DNA of 64,000 nucleotides from Clostridia bacterium (GTDB lineage Bacteria; Bacillota; Clostridia; TANB77; CAG-508), in NCBI GenBank assembly GCA_017515985.1, contig JAFWDV010000008.1:6470-70469 (forward strand), written 5' to 3'. The stretch's first letter is position 1, and every line of letters begins with the position of its first letter. Below, piece after piece: positions 18,434 through 28,985 of this stretch. Under the pieces are notes generated by a model. The model did no database searches. It was not told where the DNA came from and was given only the letters and a program-made list of their open reading frames with translations. The translations under genes were made by a program, and so were the position numbers.

Positions 18434-21400
18434 TTATACCATCAAAATCAATTTATTCAAGCAAACCGAGTAAATATATTTTTTACTTACGTTCTTGCCT
18501 AAGGACTGAGTTAAAGCTCTTTCATAAATATCGAGTTGTTTTCTATATTTTTCAACAAGACCTTGCTCATCTCCCTCATTTACCCAATCAGTTTTATAGT
18601 CTACCAATATTATTTCGCCATTCTCATTTATATAGTATAAATCTATGATACCTTGCACCAATACATTATCTTCAGAATTATTTTCATATATATCTTTAGC
18701 TTTTAGATTGATGTAAAAAGGTTGCTCCTTGCATACCTTTTTAGCTACTTTCAAATCCTGCCATAATGAAGATTTAGTGTACTGCAATAGCTTATTTGTA
18801 TTGATACTTTCAGCCTCAAGCTCAGTAATTATTTTTTTAGAAACCAAAGCATCAACAAAGCTACGAATCGCTTCTGCAGTATATTCCCTGCTTTCATCCA
18901 ACTTCTGAAAACATAAATGCATTATAGTACCTTTCTGAGCCGAAGTAAGCTTTTGATCCTTTTCTTCGTTTAAAAACTTAGGCTTTGCGACCTCTACTTT
19001 TAAGCTTTTTTGCTCTTCGATTTCTTCTAAGCTAACAATATCTTCCTCATTTGCAAGCTCTTTAATTTTAGTAACTGATGTTTTGGTAGGCACAACAACA
19101 GAATCCATATAGCCATATAGCCAGTTGATTTTGCTTTTTAAGTTTTCGATATCTTCCTTTGTTGCAGTCTTTGAAAGAGCATCAAGCTCTTTCAAAATAT
19201 CACGCTCTTTTTCATCTTCCTTGCTCTTAGCAAGCTCTTTTACTATATCTTGCTTTTTGTGAACTTCAAGCTCAATGTAATCCTTGATTTTATCTGAATT
19301 ATGAAAATAAACAAGCGTAATCCAATCCAAATATGTTTTATATCTCTTAAGTATTGAATCACTAATACCTTCACAGTCAGAGCCTTTATATGTATCTATG
19401 AGCTCTTGCTTCTCTTTAAAAGATTTATCCGCATCCTTAGAAATACCTGTAATAATAAGTTTTTCCTTTGCTCTTGTCAAAGCAACATATAAAACTCTCA
19501 TCTCTTCAGATAACGACTCTAATTTAGTTTGAATCTTTATTGCTTCTTTAGCCAAAGTATTGTATTCAATGCATCTATCATTATTAATATATTTAGGACC
19601 AATTCCCAAATCTTGGTGCAATAAAATATTTTTATTTAAGTCCTGCATATTAAACTGCTTTCCAGTTCCACATAGATAAACAACAGGAAATTCTAGACCT
19701 TTACTTTTGTGTATACTCATTATTCTAACAACATTTTCATTTTCACCAATAAGCTTAGCAGAAGATAAATCCCCACTACTTGTATGAAGCTTATCTATAA
19801 AACTAATAAAGTTAAATAAACCTTTAAAACTAGCACTTTCGTACTGTTTTGCTCTTTCAAAAAGCATCTTTAAATTGGCTTGTCTTAAAGCGCCATTAGG
19901 CATCAATGTTACATAGTTATAAAACTGAGTGTCTATGTATATTTGCCAGATAAGTTCATCAAGGGCCATATACTTTTCTTCGGCCTGCCATCTTCTGATA
20001 TTTTCCAAGAAAGCATTTATTTTTGACTTTAATTTTTCATCTCCATCATATTCTTTTAAAGAATTATAAAAAGACTGATTTTTGTTTTTAAGTCTAATCT
20101 GAACAAGCTCATTATCTGTAAATCCAGCAATAGCTGATCTCAAAACCGTAACAAGCGGAATATCTTGCATTGGATTATCTATAATCTTCAAAACAGACAT
20201 TATCGTTTGAATCTCCATAGAATCCAAGTATTCAGACGATACATCACTAAAAACTGGAATGTTTAGCTTAGCAATCTCGTTTTCATATATTGGAGCAGTG
20301 ATTGAAGTTGCTCTTAAAAGTACCGCAATATCTTTATATGTTATAGGTCTGTATTCCTTAGTCTTTCTGTCATACACTTTGTAATCGCTATCAAGCAAAT
20401 CTTTTATCATCTTAGCTGTGAACCTGGCCTCAAGCACTACATCTTCAATACGCTCAGCCTCTGATGTATCATCTTCATCTTCGGTATTTGAAGAATCTTT
20501 GAACACATTTATTTCTTGCTCTTTTAGGTCAATAATATGTAGCTCTGTTTTTCCTGCATAATTTGTAAGTTCGGGTGTTGCAGGATCTGCATAGTCCGCT
20601 CCAAGGTTCAAAAACTCAGTTTCATCATATTTGATATCACCAAGCTTTTTACTCATTATGTCTTCAAATATTATATTCGTAACATCCAAAATGTTAGCTC
20701 TACTTCTAAAGTTTTTGAAAAGCTGAATCTTTTGCCCACCTGTTATATCGCCTGTTTTTAAGCTATAATTCTCATATTTCTCCAAAAACAGATTAGGGCA
20801 AGCTTGTCTAAACTTATAGATACTTTGTTTAACATCTCCAACCATAAACACGTTATGACCGTTTGAAACGCTTGTTAATATATATTCTTGAACATAGTTA
20901 CTATCCTGATACTCGTCTATTGCAATCTCTGAAAATTTCTCTTTGTATTTTTTAGCAATATCGGTTTCTTCAATCTCACCCTTCTCATTTTTTCTAACTA
21001 AAATTTTAAGGGCAAAATGCTCAATATCGTTAAAATCTACCATATTTTTTTCTTTTTTTCTGGCAGCGAATTTTTCAGAAAACTCCAATATTAGCTTTTC
21101 AATTGCAACCAATATATCATACATATTGTAGATGTTTTCATTAGCTTCTTCAGAATTGTAAAGCAAAATTTTAGATACCGTGTTTGTATATTTTTTCTTT
21201 ATATTGTTTCGCAAATCCTTAGCTACATCTTTTATTTCCAGTGTTAATTTTCTATCAACAGGCCAATTTTTCCATGTGATTTTGCTTGCTTTTGCGTATG
21301 CATTATCCCACGAATCCATATTTTCAAGTACATATTCAAGATTAATAATATCCTCATTAATTACAGCCCTGTACTTTTCCATCTCATCGAATCTTGCAAC

Positions 21401-22108
21401 ATCACGTTCAAGCTTTTTAAGGTTTAAGATGTAATCTGAAACCTCAGCTCTTAAAGTATCTAGCAATATCTTACCCCATTCAGTATTAGAAAAATCTCCA
21501 GCTCCCTTTAGATTGAATTTTTCAACACTATTATGTAGCCATTCTTCTGGGAACGGGCTACTTTGTATATATTTGTACACATTAAGTAATAGCTCTTTTA
21601 GTGGCTCGTCATCTCTATATGTAGTATATGTATTTATAAGCTTCAAAAACTCTTTATCATTATCAATATATTTTTGTTCAAATATATCATCAATTACTTC
21701 CTGCTTTAAAAGCTCAACCTCAGTAGTATCAGCAACTCTGAAATTTGCTGATACATCTATTTCAAAAAAATTATTTCTTATTACATCTAAACAAAATGAA
21801 TCTATAGTACATATACTAGCCTTATTTATAAGAATAATCTGCCTCTGCAAATTTTTGTTATCTGGAAACTCCTCCATCTTCTTATAAATAGCTTCCAGTA
21901 TACGCTCTCTCATCTCACTAGCCGCTGCATTTGTAAAGGTAACAACAAGAATTTTGTCGATATCAACATTTTCATTTATAACCTTATTAATAATTCTTTC
22001 AACCAAAACTGCCGTTTTACCACTACCTGCAGCTGCTGCAACTAATATGTTTGAACCGCTGTCATATATAGCATCTCTTTGTTCATCTGTCCATTTAACG
22101 TCTGACAT
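18434..22108 (-). CDS. addA: ATP-dependent helicase/nuclease subunit A (AddA; UvrD-like helicase with a C-terminal RecB-type nuclease).
   Basis: N-terminus KWTDEQRDAIYDSGSNILVAAAAGSGKTAVLVERI. Helicase motifs throughout. C-terminal nuclease motif GIIDLYY...VDYKTD. Length 1224 aa. Confidence 0.85.
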   Translation of the reverse strand: MSDVKWTDEQRDAIYDSGSNILVAAAAGSGKTAVLVERIINKVINENVDIDKILVVTFTNAAASEMRERILEAIYKKMEEFPDNKNLQRQIILINKASICTIDSFCLDVIRNNFFEIDVSANFRVADTTEVELLKQEVIDDIFEQKYIDNDKEFLKLINTYTTYRDDEPLKELLLNVYKYIQSSPFPEEWLHNSVEKFNLKGAGDFSNTEWGKILLDTLRAEVSDYILNLKKLERDVARFDEMEKYRAVINEDIINLEYVLENMDSWDNAYAKASKITWKNWPVDRKLTLEIKDVAKDLRNNIKKKYTNTVSKILLYNSEEANENIYNMYDILVAIEKLILEFSEKFAARKKEKNMVDFNDIEHFALKILVRKNEKGEIEETDIAKKYKEKFSEIAIDEYQDSNYVQEYILTSVSNGHNVFMVGDVKQSIYKFRQACPNLFLEKYENYSLKTGDITGGQKIQLFKNFRSRANILDVTNIIFEDIMSKKLGDIKYDETEFLNLGADYADPATPELTNYAGKTELHIIDLKEQEINVFKDSSNTEDEDDTSEAERIEDVVLEARFTAKMIKDLLDSDYKVYDRKTKEYRPITYKDIAVLLRATSITAPIYENEIAKLNIPVFSDVSSEYLDSMEIQTIMSVLKIIDNPMQDIPLVTVLRSAIAGFTDNELVQIRLKNKNQSFYNSLKEYDGDEKLKSKINAFLENIRRWQAEEKYMALDELIWQIYIDTQFYNYVTLMPNGALRQANLKMLFERAKQYESASFKGLFNFISFIDKLHTSSGDLSSAKLIGENENVVRIMSIHKSKGLEFPVVYLCGTGKQFNMQDLNKNILLHQDLGIGPKYINNDRCIEYNTLAKEAIKIQTKLESLSEEMRVLYVALTRAKEKLIITGISKDADKSFKEKQELIDTYKGSDCEGISDSILKRYKTYLDWITLVYFHNSDKIKDYIELEVHKKQDIVKELAKSKEDEKERDILKELDALSKTATKEDIENLKSKINWLYGYMDSVVVPTKTSVTKIKELANEEDIVSLEEIEEQKSLKVEVAKPKFLNEEKDQKLTSAQKGTIMHLCFQKLDESREYTAEAIRSFVDALVSKKIITELEAESINTNKLLQYTKSSLWQDLKVAKKVCKEQPFYINLKAKDIYENNSEDNVLVQGIIDLYYINENGEIILVDYKTDWVNEGDEQGLVEKYRKQLDIYERALTQSLGKNVSKKYIYSVCLNKLILMV

Positions 22109-22156
22109 ATTTTCCTCCTAATCATTTGCGTATATAATATCATCCTTTGTTAATGA

Positions 22157-22939
22157 TTAAAATAGCTCTTTTTCTTTTTTTACATATTTAATCTTTTCGT
22201 AATTACTATTTTTGCTTCTTTCGCACATAGTATCATAAACCTTATTTCTAAGCTCCTCTTGTGCTTGCTTTGCTGGTAACTCCTGATTTGGATAAAATGG
22301 TCCATCTATGTATGTCACAATCCTGAATTTATCATTGTTTTTGCCATATGACTGATATGTATTAACGAAGCAATAAACAGGTTTATTAAACTTCACCGGA
22401 TATTTAAACGAAACTGATTTAAACGGCCTTATTTTTGTATAAAATGGCCAAATATGAGCCTCTGGATATATAGTTATAGAGCATTTCTTGTTTTGTAACA
22501 ACTCAATGTAGTCAATAAAATTTTGAGTTGCCTTAATATTACCAGGTACTGGCACAGCCCCAAGAAGTTTAATAAGCCATCCCGATCCCTTCATAGAGAT
22601 GTTTTCAGGATTAACTATAAAAAAATTTCTCTTAGGATAATTAGCCAAGCTTGGAATAAAAGTATCTGCAAATATTTGAGTATGATTACCGTATATAAAA
22701 TACCCTGTCTTTTTACACTCTTTAAATTTCTCTTTACCGACATATTTAATTCTTAAAGCACATTTAGCATAAAAATATTTTACTGGCATACTTAGCACGT
22801 TCTGAAACACAAGAGAAATTGCATTCCACAAAGTACTTCTTTTATATTTATAATTTTCATCTATTTTTTTCGGAATAATCTTAGCATCAGAAAATTCATC
22901 ATTTAACTCATCTTCATAATAAATAACTTGTTTATCCAT
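22157..22939 (-). CDS. Lysophospholipid acyltransferase family (PlsC-like). The likely start is MDKQVIYY at 22939.
   Basis: HX4D motif (NHTQIFAD). RBS AAGGAG before the internal ATG. The longer track ORF runs into the REPIN. Confidence 0.65.
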   Translation of the reverse strand: MDKQVIYYEDELNDEFSDAKIIPKKIDENYKYKRSTLWNAISLVFQNVLSMPVKYFYAKCALRIKYVGKEKFKECKKTGYFIYGNHTQIFADTFIPSLANYPKRNFFIVNPENISMKGSGWLIKLLGAVPVPGNIKATQNFIDYIELLQNKKCSITIYPEAHIWPFYTKIRPFKSVSFKYPVKFNKPVYCFVNTYQSYGKNNDKFRIVTYIDGPFYPNQELPAKQAQEELRNKVYDTMCERSKNSNYEKIKYVKKEKELF

Positions 22940-22953
22940 AAAAACTCCTTTCG

Positions 22954-23100
22954 AGAAATTTTGGGGACGGAGGAAAAAATTTCTGCAAAACGCCAAATAA
23001 TTTTAAAAACAGAGCAAAAAATTTTTGCAAAAAGCCAAAATTTAAGGACGTAACAAAAAAATCCCATTCCGGAATTTTTTTGCTCCGTCCCCAGAATTTC
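22954..23100. repeat. REPIN-like element with a long (about 95 nt) loop and a degenerate right arm.
   Basis: Left arm TTTTGGGGACGGAGGAAAAAATTTCTGCAAAA. Right arm TTTTTTTGCTCCGTCCCCAGAATTT. Confidence 0.75.
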
Positions 23101-24123
23101 CTACCAAGCAAATAATCCTTCAAATAACCCGCTCTGATTATCCAAATATTCCTCATTATTATTGACGTTAATATTTAAGTTAGTATCATTATTCTTAATT
23201 CTATCATCGCCAACACAATCACATTCCATTTGAGCAAGAGCTCTTAATTTCTTATCGCCTTCGCGATATTTTTGTTTATCCTCTTCAGAGAAATTTGCCT
23301 TAATATTCAAAATCTCTTTATAAAACTCTGTTTTCTTTGCATATTTCCAAAAATACTCTTGATACAATACATCGTCAAAATGCCATGGTTTAAATGCTAA
23401 ATTGTAGTGAATTATATTAATTCTTGACTTATCAATATTATCACCGCTTACAGGCATCTTGTTCCAAGTTTTTTGAAGTAAAGTAACTCTTCCTTTGCAT
23501 AATCTATTCATATAATCTTGATCTTGCGCTACTGAGAACTTTATAGTTCCTAATAGGTATAAGAATTTATCTTTGAAACTAAAGTTTCTTAGCTCTTTTA
23601 AGTTTAATAGTAAAATACCAGCATTGAAATAATTTCTGTAATCTGCAACACCAACAACTTTCTCAGAATAATTTCTAAACACTTCAATTGTCTGTATTAC
23701 ATCATCTGGTGCAGCTGCTAGTAAATTATCTCCTATATTCATTTTAAATAGTTTTGTTATGTCTTTTAAAACTATTATATCGCTATCTAAATATATAGCT
23801 CTATCATATTCTGGATATAAATCTGGTATCAATAATCTATAGTATGTAGTATTTGAGAAATAGTCTCTTGTATATAACTGATGACTAATTTCTTTTATTT
23901 TTGGATTTACATCTACAAATTCAATACTTACTCCATCAGACTCATACTTTTTAATTTTTTCCATATTTGTTTTTGTAACAGTTGTATAAAGTACTTTAAC
24001 TAAGTATTTATACTCCTTTGATGAATTCTCGATAAGTGATTTTAAAGCTACACCTAAAAATGGTATATAATTATCATCTACAGCGAAAAATATGGGAACT
24101 TCGCCTTTAAATTTTGTATTCAT
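23101..24123 (-). CDS. Glycosyltransferase family 8.
   Basis: PIFFAVDDNYIPFLGVALKSL and DXD region YLDSDIIVL. Confidence 0.75.
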   Translation of the reverse strand: MNTKFKGEVPIFFAVDDNYIPFLGVALKSLIENSSKEYKYLVKVLYTTVTKTNMEKIKKYESDGVSIEFVDVNPKIKEISHQLYTRDYFSNTTYYRLLIPDLYPEYDRAIYLDSDIIVLKDITKLFKMNIGDNLLAAAPDDVIQTIEVFRNYSEKVVGVADYRNYFNAGILLLNLKELRNFSFKDKFLYLLGTIKFSVAQDQDYMNRLCKGRVTLLQKTWNKMPVSGDNIDKSRINIIHYNLAFKPWHFDDVLYQEYFWKYAKKTEFYKEILNIKANFSEEDKQKYREGDKKLRALAQMECDCVGDDRIKNNDTNLNINVNNNEEYLDNQSGLFEGLFAW

Positions 24124-24136
24124 TTTTTTACTCCTT

Positions 24137-24964
24137 TTATTTTACATTCAAAAAATCTTTTTTTGCATCTAAATATTCTTTTAAATCATCGTCAAAATGG
24201 TAACATTTTAAATATTTATGTATTTCATCCACATGCCATTGTTTATAGTTTTCTGTATGTGGATATGGCAATATCATAAGTCTTTTGCAGAAATGACATA
24301 TTACAGTTCCATTTCTATTAAACTTTGATTGTTCATTGTATATTCTTGGAATTAGCTTTTTCTTTGTTGTAGAATAGAAAATTGCGCTTTGATCAGCAAA
24401 TAGCATTTTCTTTTCTTTTATTCTTTTTCTTGCTTTTTCCAAAAGTCCAGTTTCTTTTATCTTTTTCATATTTAATAGCAGCATACCTGCATTTATGTAA
24501 TCTGGCCTAATTAACCAGCATCCATATTTTTCTTTTACAGCTGCATACTCATAATCCTCTACATCAATATGATAAAGCTTTGATATGTCATCAGCAGCCA
24601 TCATATCAATATCTAAGTATAAAAGCTTGTCTGGTATACCTGGTATCATATCAGCAAACAGTCTAAGCAATGTATATGGTGTGCAGTATGCATTTTCATT
24701 TTTACAATTTGCAAATTCTTTTTCATAAATATCAGTTACATCTACTTTAGTAACCTTATTTTCTACATTTTTTGTTTTTACAACTTTATTCAAGAACTCA
24801 ACTTGTGTATCATTTATTGGCGTGTATTCTGGTTTGATTCTTGAAACATCCATTGTAAATATGTAACAATTGACAGGTTCTTTGGTTTTATTCGTTATCG
24901 ATATTAGCTCTGATAACGCACCATCGAAAACCTTCTCATTTCCACATAGTAAAATATTAACCAT
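24137..24964 (-). CDS. Glycosyltransferase family 8 (second copy).
   Basis: DXD motif YLDIDMMAADD and GT8-like N-terminus. Confidence 0.65.
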   Translation of the reverse strand: MVNILLCGNEKVFDGALSELISITNKTKEPVNCYIFTMDVSRIKPEYTPINDTQVEFLNKVVKTKNVENKVTKVDVTDIYEKEFANCKNENAYCTPYTLLRLFADMIPGIPDKLLYLDIDMMAADDISKLYHIDVEDYEYAAVKEKYGCWLIRPDYINAGMLLLNMKKIKETGLLEKARKRIKEKKMLFADQSAIFYSTTKKKLIPRIYNEQSKFNRNGTVICHFCKRLMILPYPHTENYKQWHVDEIHKYLKCYHFDDDLKEYLDAKKDFLNVK

Positions 24965-25058
24965 TTTATTCCCCTTTTATATTCGTATTATACTCCATAA
25001 TTTATTTAATAACAACTTTTTATATTTAATTTTGAGTGCCATTATTTTTCTTTTATAT

Positions 25059-26114
25059 TTAGCTTTGAGTAACCTCGTTTTCTTTGGCTTTTTGAAGCTC
25101 TTTATCATCTTTTTTTGCTCTAAACAAGTTTACGACAACAACAATACCACTTATGATTACATATAAATAGAAGCTTACACCTCTGTTTAAAAGCATCGCA
25201 CCGCTGATTGTTCCACCGATAAAAATGTTTTTAAATATATTTAAGAAACCACTTTCGCTTACACCTACAGCACCAGGAAGTGGAATTCCAGAAACAGTTG
25301 CATATAACATTGATTGAAGAGCTATTATTTTTATAATGCTTTCTGTGTTGAAACCAACTGATCTATATACCCAGTATGGTATGCTGTAGTATATCAAAAT
25401 CTGAACAAGCGTAGTTGCCAAAATCTTAAAGATGATTTTTTTGTGATCTTTTATATATTTTGAACTTCCATGATATTTTTGTAACTCCGATTTAAGTTTT
25501 TCTTCTTTTTGATCAACATTTCTTATTTTAAGCTTCCTCATTATTTTAATTGCAACATTAATGAACCACATTGGAAGCCTTTTTGAAAAAATACCAATCA
25601 AAAGCAATGCAAGAGCTGTTGTATTTAATGCAACGCCCACAACAAATAAAGCTATCATTCCACCTTCTAGATATTCTCCACAAAAAATCAAACTTATTAA
25701 TGCCATAGAAATCGTTATTATCTGAAAACTGCATAAATTCATTAGTAATGCAAGTGTTGCTTTTGCAACAGATACTCCATCTCTATGCATATAGTATATT
25801 TGCATCGGTTGACCACCAGTTGCAGCTGGAGTAATCGCACTAAAGAAAAATCCTATAAGTGAGTATTTGAATGTACTTCTTAATTTAACTTTTCTTTTTC
25901 CAGAAACATCAATCGTTCTTTTCATATTTACACCTTCAAGGAATAAATACAAAAACATGCAAAATATAGCAATTAATATGTATACTTTCTTAGAAGCTAA
26001 AAATAAATTAAATATATCTAGTAAATTTTGATCTTTCAACAAAATAGAAAAAGTCAAAACTATAAGCAGTATAAAAAATATGAAATTGAATATTATTTTC
26101 TTAGTCTTTTTCAT
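25059..26114 (-). CDS. Flippase-like membrane protein (lysylphosphatidylglycerol synthase TM-region family, UPF0104).
   Basis: Eight TM helices. IYYMHRDGVSVAKATLALLMNL motif is typical of PF03706. Confidence 0.6.
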   Translation of the reverse strand: MKKTKKIIFNFIFFILLIVLTFSILLKDQNLLDIFNLFLASKKVYILIAIFCMFLYLFLEGVNMKRTIDVSGKRKVKLRSTFKYSLIGFFFSAITPAATGGQPMQIYYMHRDGVSVAKATLALLMNLCSFQIITISMALISLIFCGEYLEGGMIALFVVGVALNTTALALLLIGIFSKRLPMWFINVAIKIMRKLKIRNVDQKEEKLKSELQKYHGSSKYIKDHKKIIFKILATTLVQILIYYSIPYWVYRSVGFNTESIIKIIALQSMLYATVSGIPLPGAVGVSESGFLNIFKNIFIGGTISGAMLLNRGVSFYLYVIISGIVVVVNLFRAKKDDKELQKAKENEVTQS

Positions 26115-26588
26115 GTTTACCCCTAACTTTGCAAAATATCTAATATTATAACATATTCATTTAAAAAAGTAAAATTATAAAATTTATATTTCCAGATATT
26201 TGTAATTTCTATCTGGTTAATTCTATATCTTCCGTTCATAGTATATACCACGTACCTTTAAATTACAATATAATATCCACTACAAATGCTATATTTACTA
26301 AAATGTAACGGTTTTGTAATATTTCTGTAATATTACGTATAAAAGCAACCACCCTAAGATGGCTGCTTTTTCTAATGATTATTAACTAAATCATATCTAC
26401 TAAGTATCATATAATCTAATCAGAATATGATTTTAAGTACACTTCACCTGAATCCGCTGAAGTATTTGTAATGATTTTTTGTTTCGGTCTATATGTCTAA
26501 AAAAAATCACTACATGGCTATTTTACCATATTTTCTGTATTATGTCAAGTATTTTAGCATGCGAAGATATCAAACTTATGCTGGATTT

Positions 26589-28469
26589 TTAAGCCTTTAG
26601 AGTCCTCATTGCATTTAATACTGCTATAACTGTAACTCCTACATCAGCAAAAACAGCAAGCCACATTGGTGCAAAACCAAGAGCTGCAAGCACAAGAACG
26701 ATAATTTTTACGGCAATTGCAAAAGCTATGTTTTGTTTTGCAATTTTAATAGTGCGTTTTGCTACATTAATTGCTTCAGCAATCTTAGAAGTTTTATCCT
26801 CCATCAAAACCACATCTGCAGCTTCTATTGCAGCATCTGAGCCTATCGCCCCCATTGCTATTCCAACATCTGCCCTTGCAATAACCGGTGCATCATTTAT
26901 TCCATCTCCAACAAATGCAATATTTGATTCATTTGCTTTTTTACCAATTAATTGCTCCAACTTAGTTACCTTATCCTGTGGTAGTAACTCAGCGTAGTAT
27001 TCATCTATTCCAAGCTCTCCTGCCACACCTTTTGCTACATTTTCATGATCTCCAGTTAGCATTACTGTTCTTATTCTATCCTTTTTAATCGCGTCAACTG
27101 CACATTTAGAATCTGCCTTTATTCTATCGGAAATTACAATATGACCAAAATACTGTCCATCAATAGCAACATGCACTATTGTTCCTGATTTTTCACAATC
27201 CTTCCATTCAATTCCAATGCTTTGCATCAATTTATAATTTCCAACATAAACAATATTTCCATTTACATTTGCTCTAACTCCCTGCCCAGCATATTCTTGA
27301 ACATCGCTTACGCTGCAATCATCATCCTCGTTTTCATACGCATCTTTAAGAGAAATGGCAATTGGATGTGTAGAATATCTTTCAACATGAGCAGCCAAAT
27401 GAAGTAACTTATTTTCATCATAAAGCTCTGGATGTATTGCAACAACTTCAAAAACACCTTCAGTTAAAGTTCCTGTTTTATCAAAAACTATGGTTTGAAC
27501 CCTGGCAAGTGCATCTATGTAATTTGAACCTTTTATCAAAATACCTCTCTTAGATGCTCCACCTATTCCACCAAAAAATGTTAGTGGAACCGAGATTACT
27601 AAAGCACATGGGCATGAAATAACAAGGAATGTTAAAGCTCTAGAAAACCATGTTGAGAAGTTATCCATAAAATTTCCTGATACGATTGGTGGAATTACCG
27701 CTAGCAAAACAGCCAATAAAACAACAATTGGTGTGTACAACTTTGAAAACTTCGTTATAAAACTCTCACTTTTAGATTTATGCTCTGATGCATTCTCAAC
27801 AAGATCAATTATTTTCGATACTGTTGAATCTGAAAATTTCTTTGTTACCTTAACACGCACCGTGCCTGTTAAATTAACGCATCCTGATGAAATAAAATCT
27901 TCTTCAGCAACACTTCTTGGAACACTTTCACCAGTAATTGCAACCGTGTTTAAGCTTGACTTACCTTCTAATACCAATCCATCCATAGGAACTTTTTGAC
28001 CTGGCGAGATTACAATAATTTCGCCTACCTCAACAGTTTCTGGATCTACCTTTTCCACTTTTCCATTTCTTTCAACGTATGCATAGTCAGGTCTAATCTC
28101 CATTAAAGTAGAAATAGACTTCTCACTATTCCCTTCTGCAATCTCTTCGAATAGCTCTCCAACCTGGAAAAACAGCATAACAAAAACAGCTTCCGCAAAC
28201 TCTGGATGTGTATTTGGCAAAAATCCAATGCATAATGCACCAATAGTAGCTACGCACATTAGAAAATCTTCATCAAAAAACTCTCCATGAAATATGTTTT
28301 CAATTGCCTCTTTGATTGTTTCAAATCCCACAATAAAGTAAGGCACAAGGTATATCAATAAGTTAGCCCACATAGGCAAACTTAGATTTTTCTCTATTGC
28401 TATGGCTATAACTAATAAAAATGCTGAAACAATAATTTTTATCAAATCAAATTTAGTTTCTTTTTCCAT
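26589..28469 (-). CDS. Heavy-metal (Zn/Cd/Co-type) translocating P1B-type ATPase. The likely start is MEKETKFD at 28469.
   Basis: CPC motif (SCPCALVISVP), DKTGTLT, GDGINDAP. AAGGAGAG RBS before the internal ATG. The longer ORF would overlap the CYTH gene. Confidence 0.85.
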   Translation of the reverse strand: MEKETKFDLIKIIVSAFLLVIAIAIEKNLSLPMWANLLIYLVPYFIVGFETIKEAIENIFHGEFFDEDFLMCVATIGALCIGFLPNTHPEFAEAVFVMLFFQVGELFEEIAEGNSEKSISTLMEIRPDYAYVERNGKVEKVDPETVEVGEIIVISPGQKVPMDGLVLEGKSSLNTVAITGESVPRSVAEEDFISSGCVNLTGTVRVKVTKKFSDSTVSKIIDLVENASEHKSKSESFITKFSKLYTPIVVLLAVLLAVIPPIVSGNFMDNFSTWFSRALTFLVISCPCALVISVPLTFFGGIGGASKRGILIKGSNYIDALARVQTIVFDKTGTLTEGVFEVVAIHPELYDENKLLHLAAHVERYSTHPIAISLKDAYENEDDDCSVSDVQEYAGQGVRANVNGNIVYVGNYKLMQSIGIEWKDCEKSGTIVHVAIDGQYFGHIVISDRIKADSKCAVDAIKKDRIRTVMLTGDHENVAKGVAGELGIDEYYAELLPQDKVTKLEQLIGKKANESNIAFVGDGINDAPVIARADVGIAMGAIGSDAAIEAADVVLMEDKTSKIAEAINVAKRTIKIAKQNIAFAIAVKIIVLVLAALGFAPMWLAVFADVGVTVIAVLNAMRTLKA

Positions 28470-28479
28470 ACAACTCTCC

Positions 28480-28983
28480 TTACAACATAAGTCCATCCAT
28501 ATATTTAAACTCGCCTTTTGACATCTTATCGTTTGTAACTTCATCAGTTATTTCTTTGTAGAACCAATCTGGCATATGTATGCTTTTGGCTTGATCTTCG
28601 CTTTTAAATTCGATTTCAGCAAAAACCACACCTTCATAGTTTCCATGAAATACATCAAGCTCAATCTTCAACCCTTCTACATACGGAATAACATATCTAT
28701 CCTTTATTATTGATATCCTGTTTGGATTTAACTCCAGTGAATTGTATAAATCTTCTGATATCTCTTCCTCAAATTCATTAACTGATAAACCTTTACGGCC
28801 AGTCTTTACAGTATATATATATTTCACCTGCGAATTCTTTTCGATTTTTCTTTTTCTAATTGCAGTTAATTTGTCTGAATAAATATAGTCTTGTGTAATG
28901 CTCTTTTTGGTATCTCTATATTCTTCAATTAATTGCTTAACCTTTTCTTTATTTTTTACCAAGAATTTACGCTCAATTTCCAA
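28480..28983 (-). CDS. CYTH-domain protein (triphosphate tunnel metalloenzyme).
   Basis: N-terminal MEIERKFLV signature. Confidence 0.8.
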   Translation of the reverse strand: MEIERKFLVKNKEKVKQLIEEYRDTKKSITQDYIYSDKLTAIRKRKIEKNSQVKYIYTVKTGRKGLSVNEFEEEISEDLYNSLELNPNRISIIKDRYVIPYVEGLKIELDVFHGNYEGVVFAEIEFKSEDQAKSIHMPDWFYKEITDEVTNDKMSKGEFKYMDGLML

Positions 28984-28985
28984 TT

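Noticed and set aside
22932-23156. 74 aa ORF spanning the acyltransferase / GT8 junction
   Set aside because: It lies entirely within the REPIN element, and its translation reflects the repeat sequence (FWGRSKKIPEWDFF...). There is no RBS.
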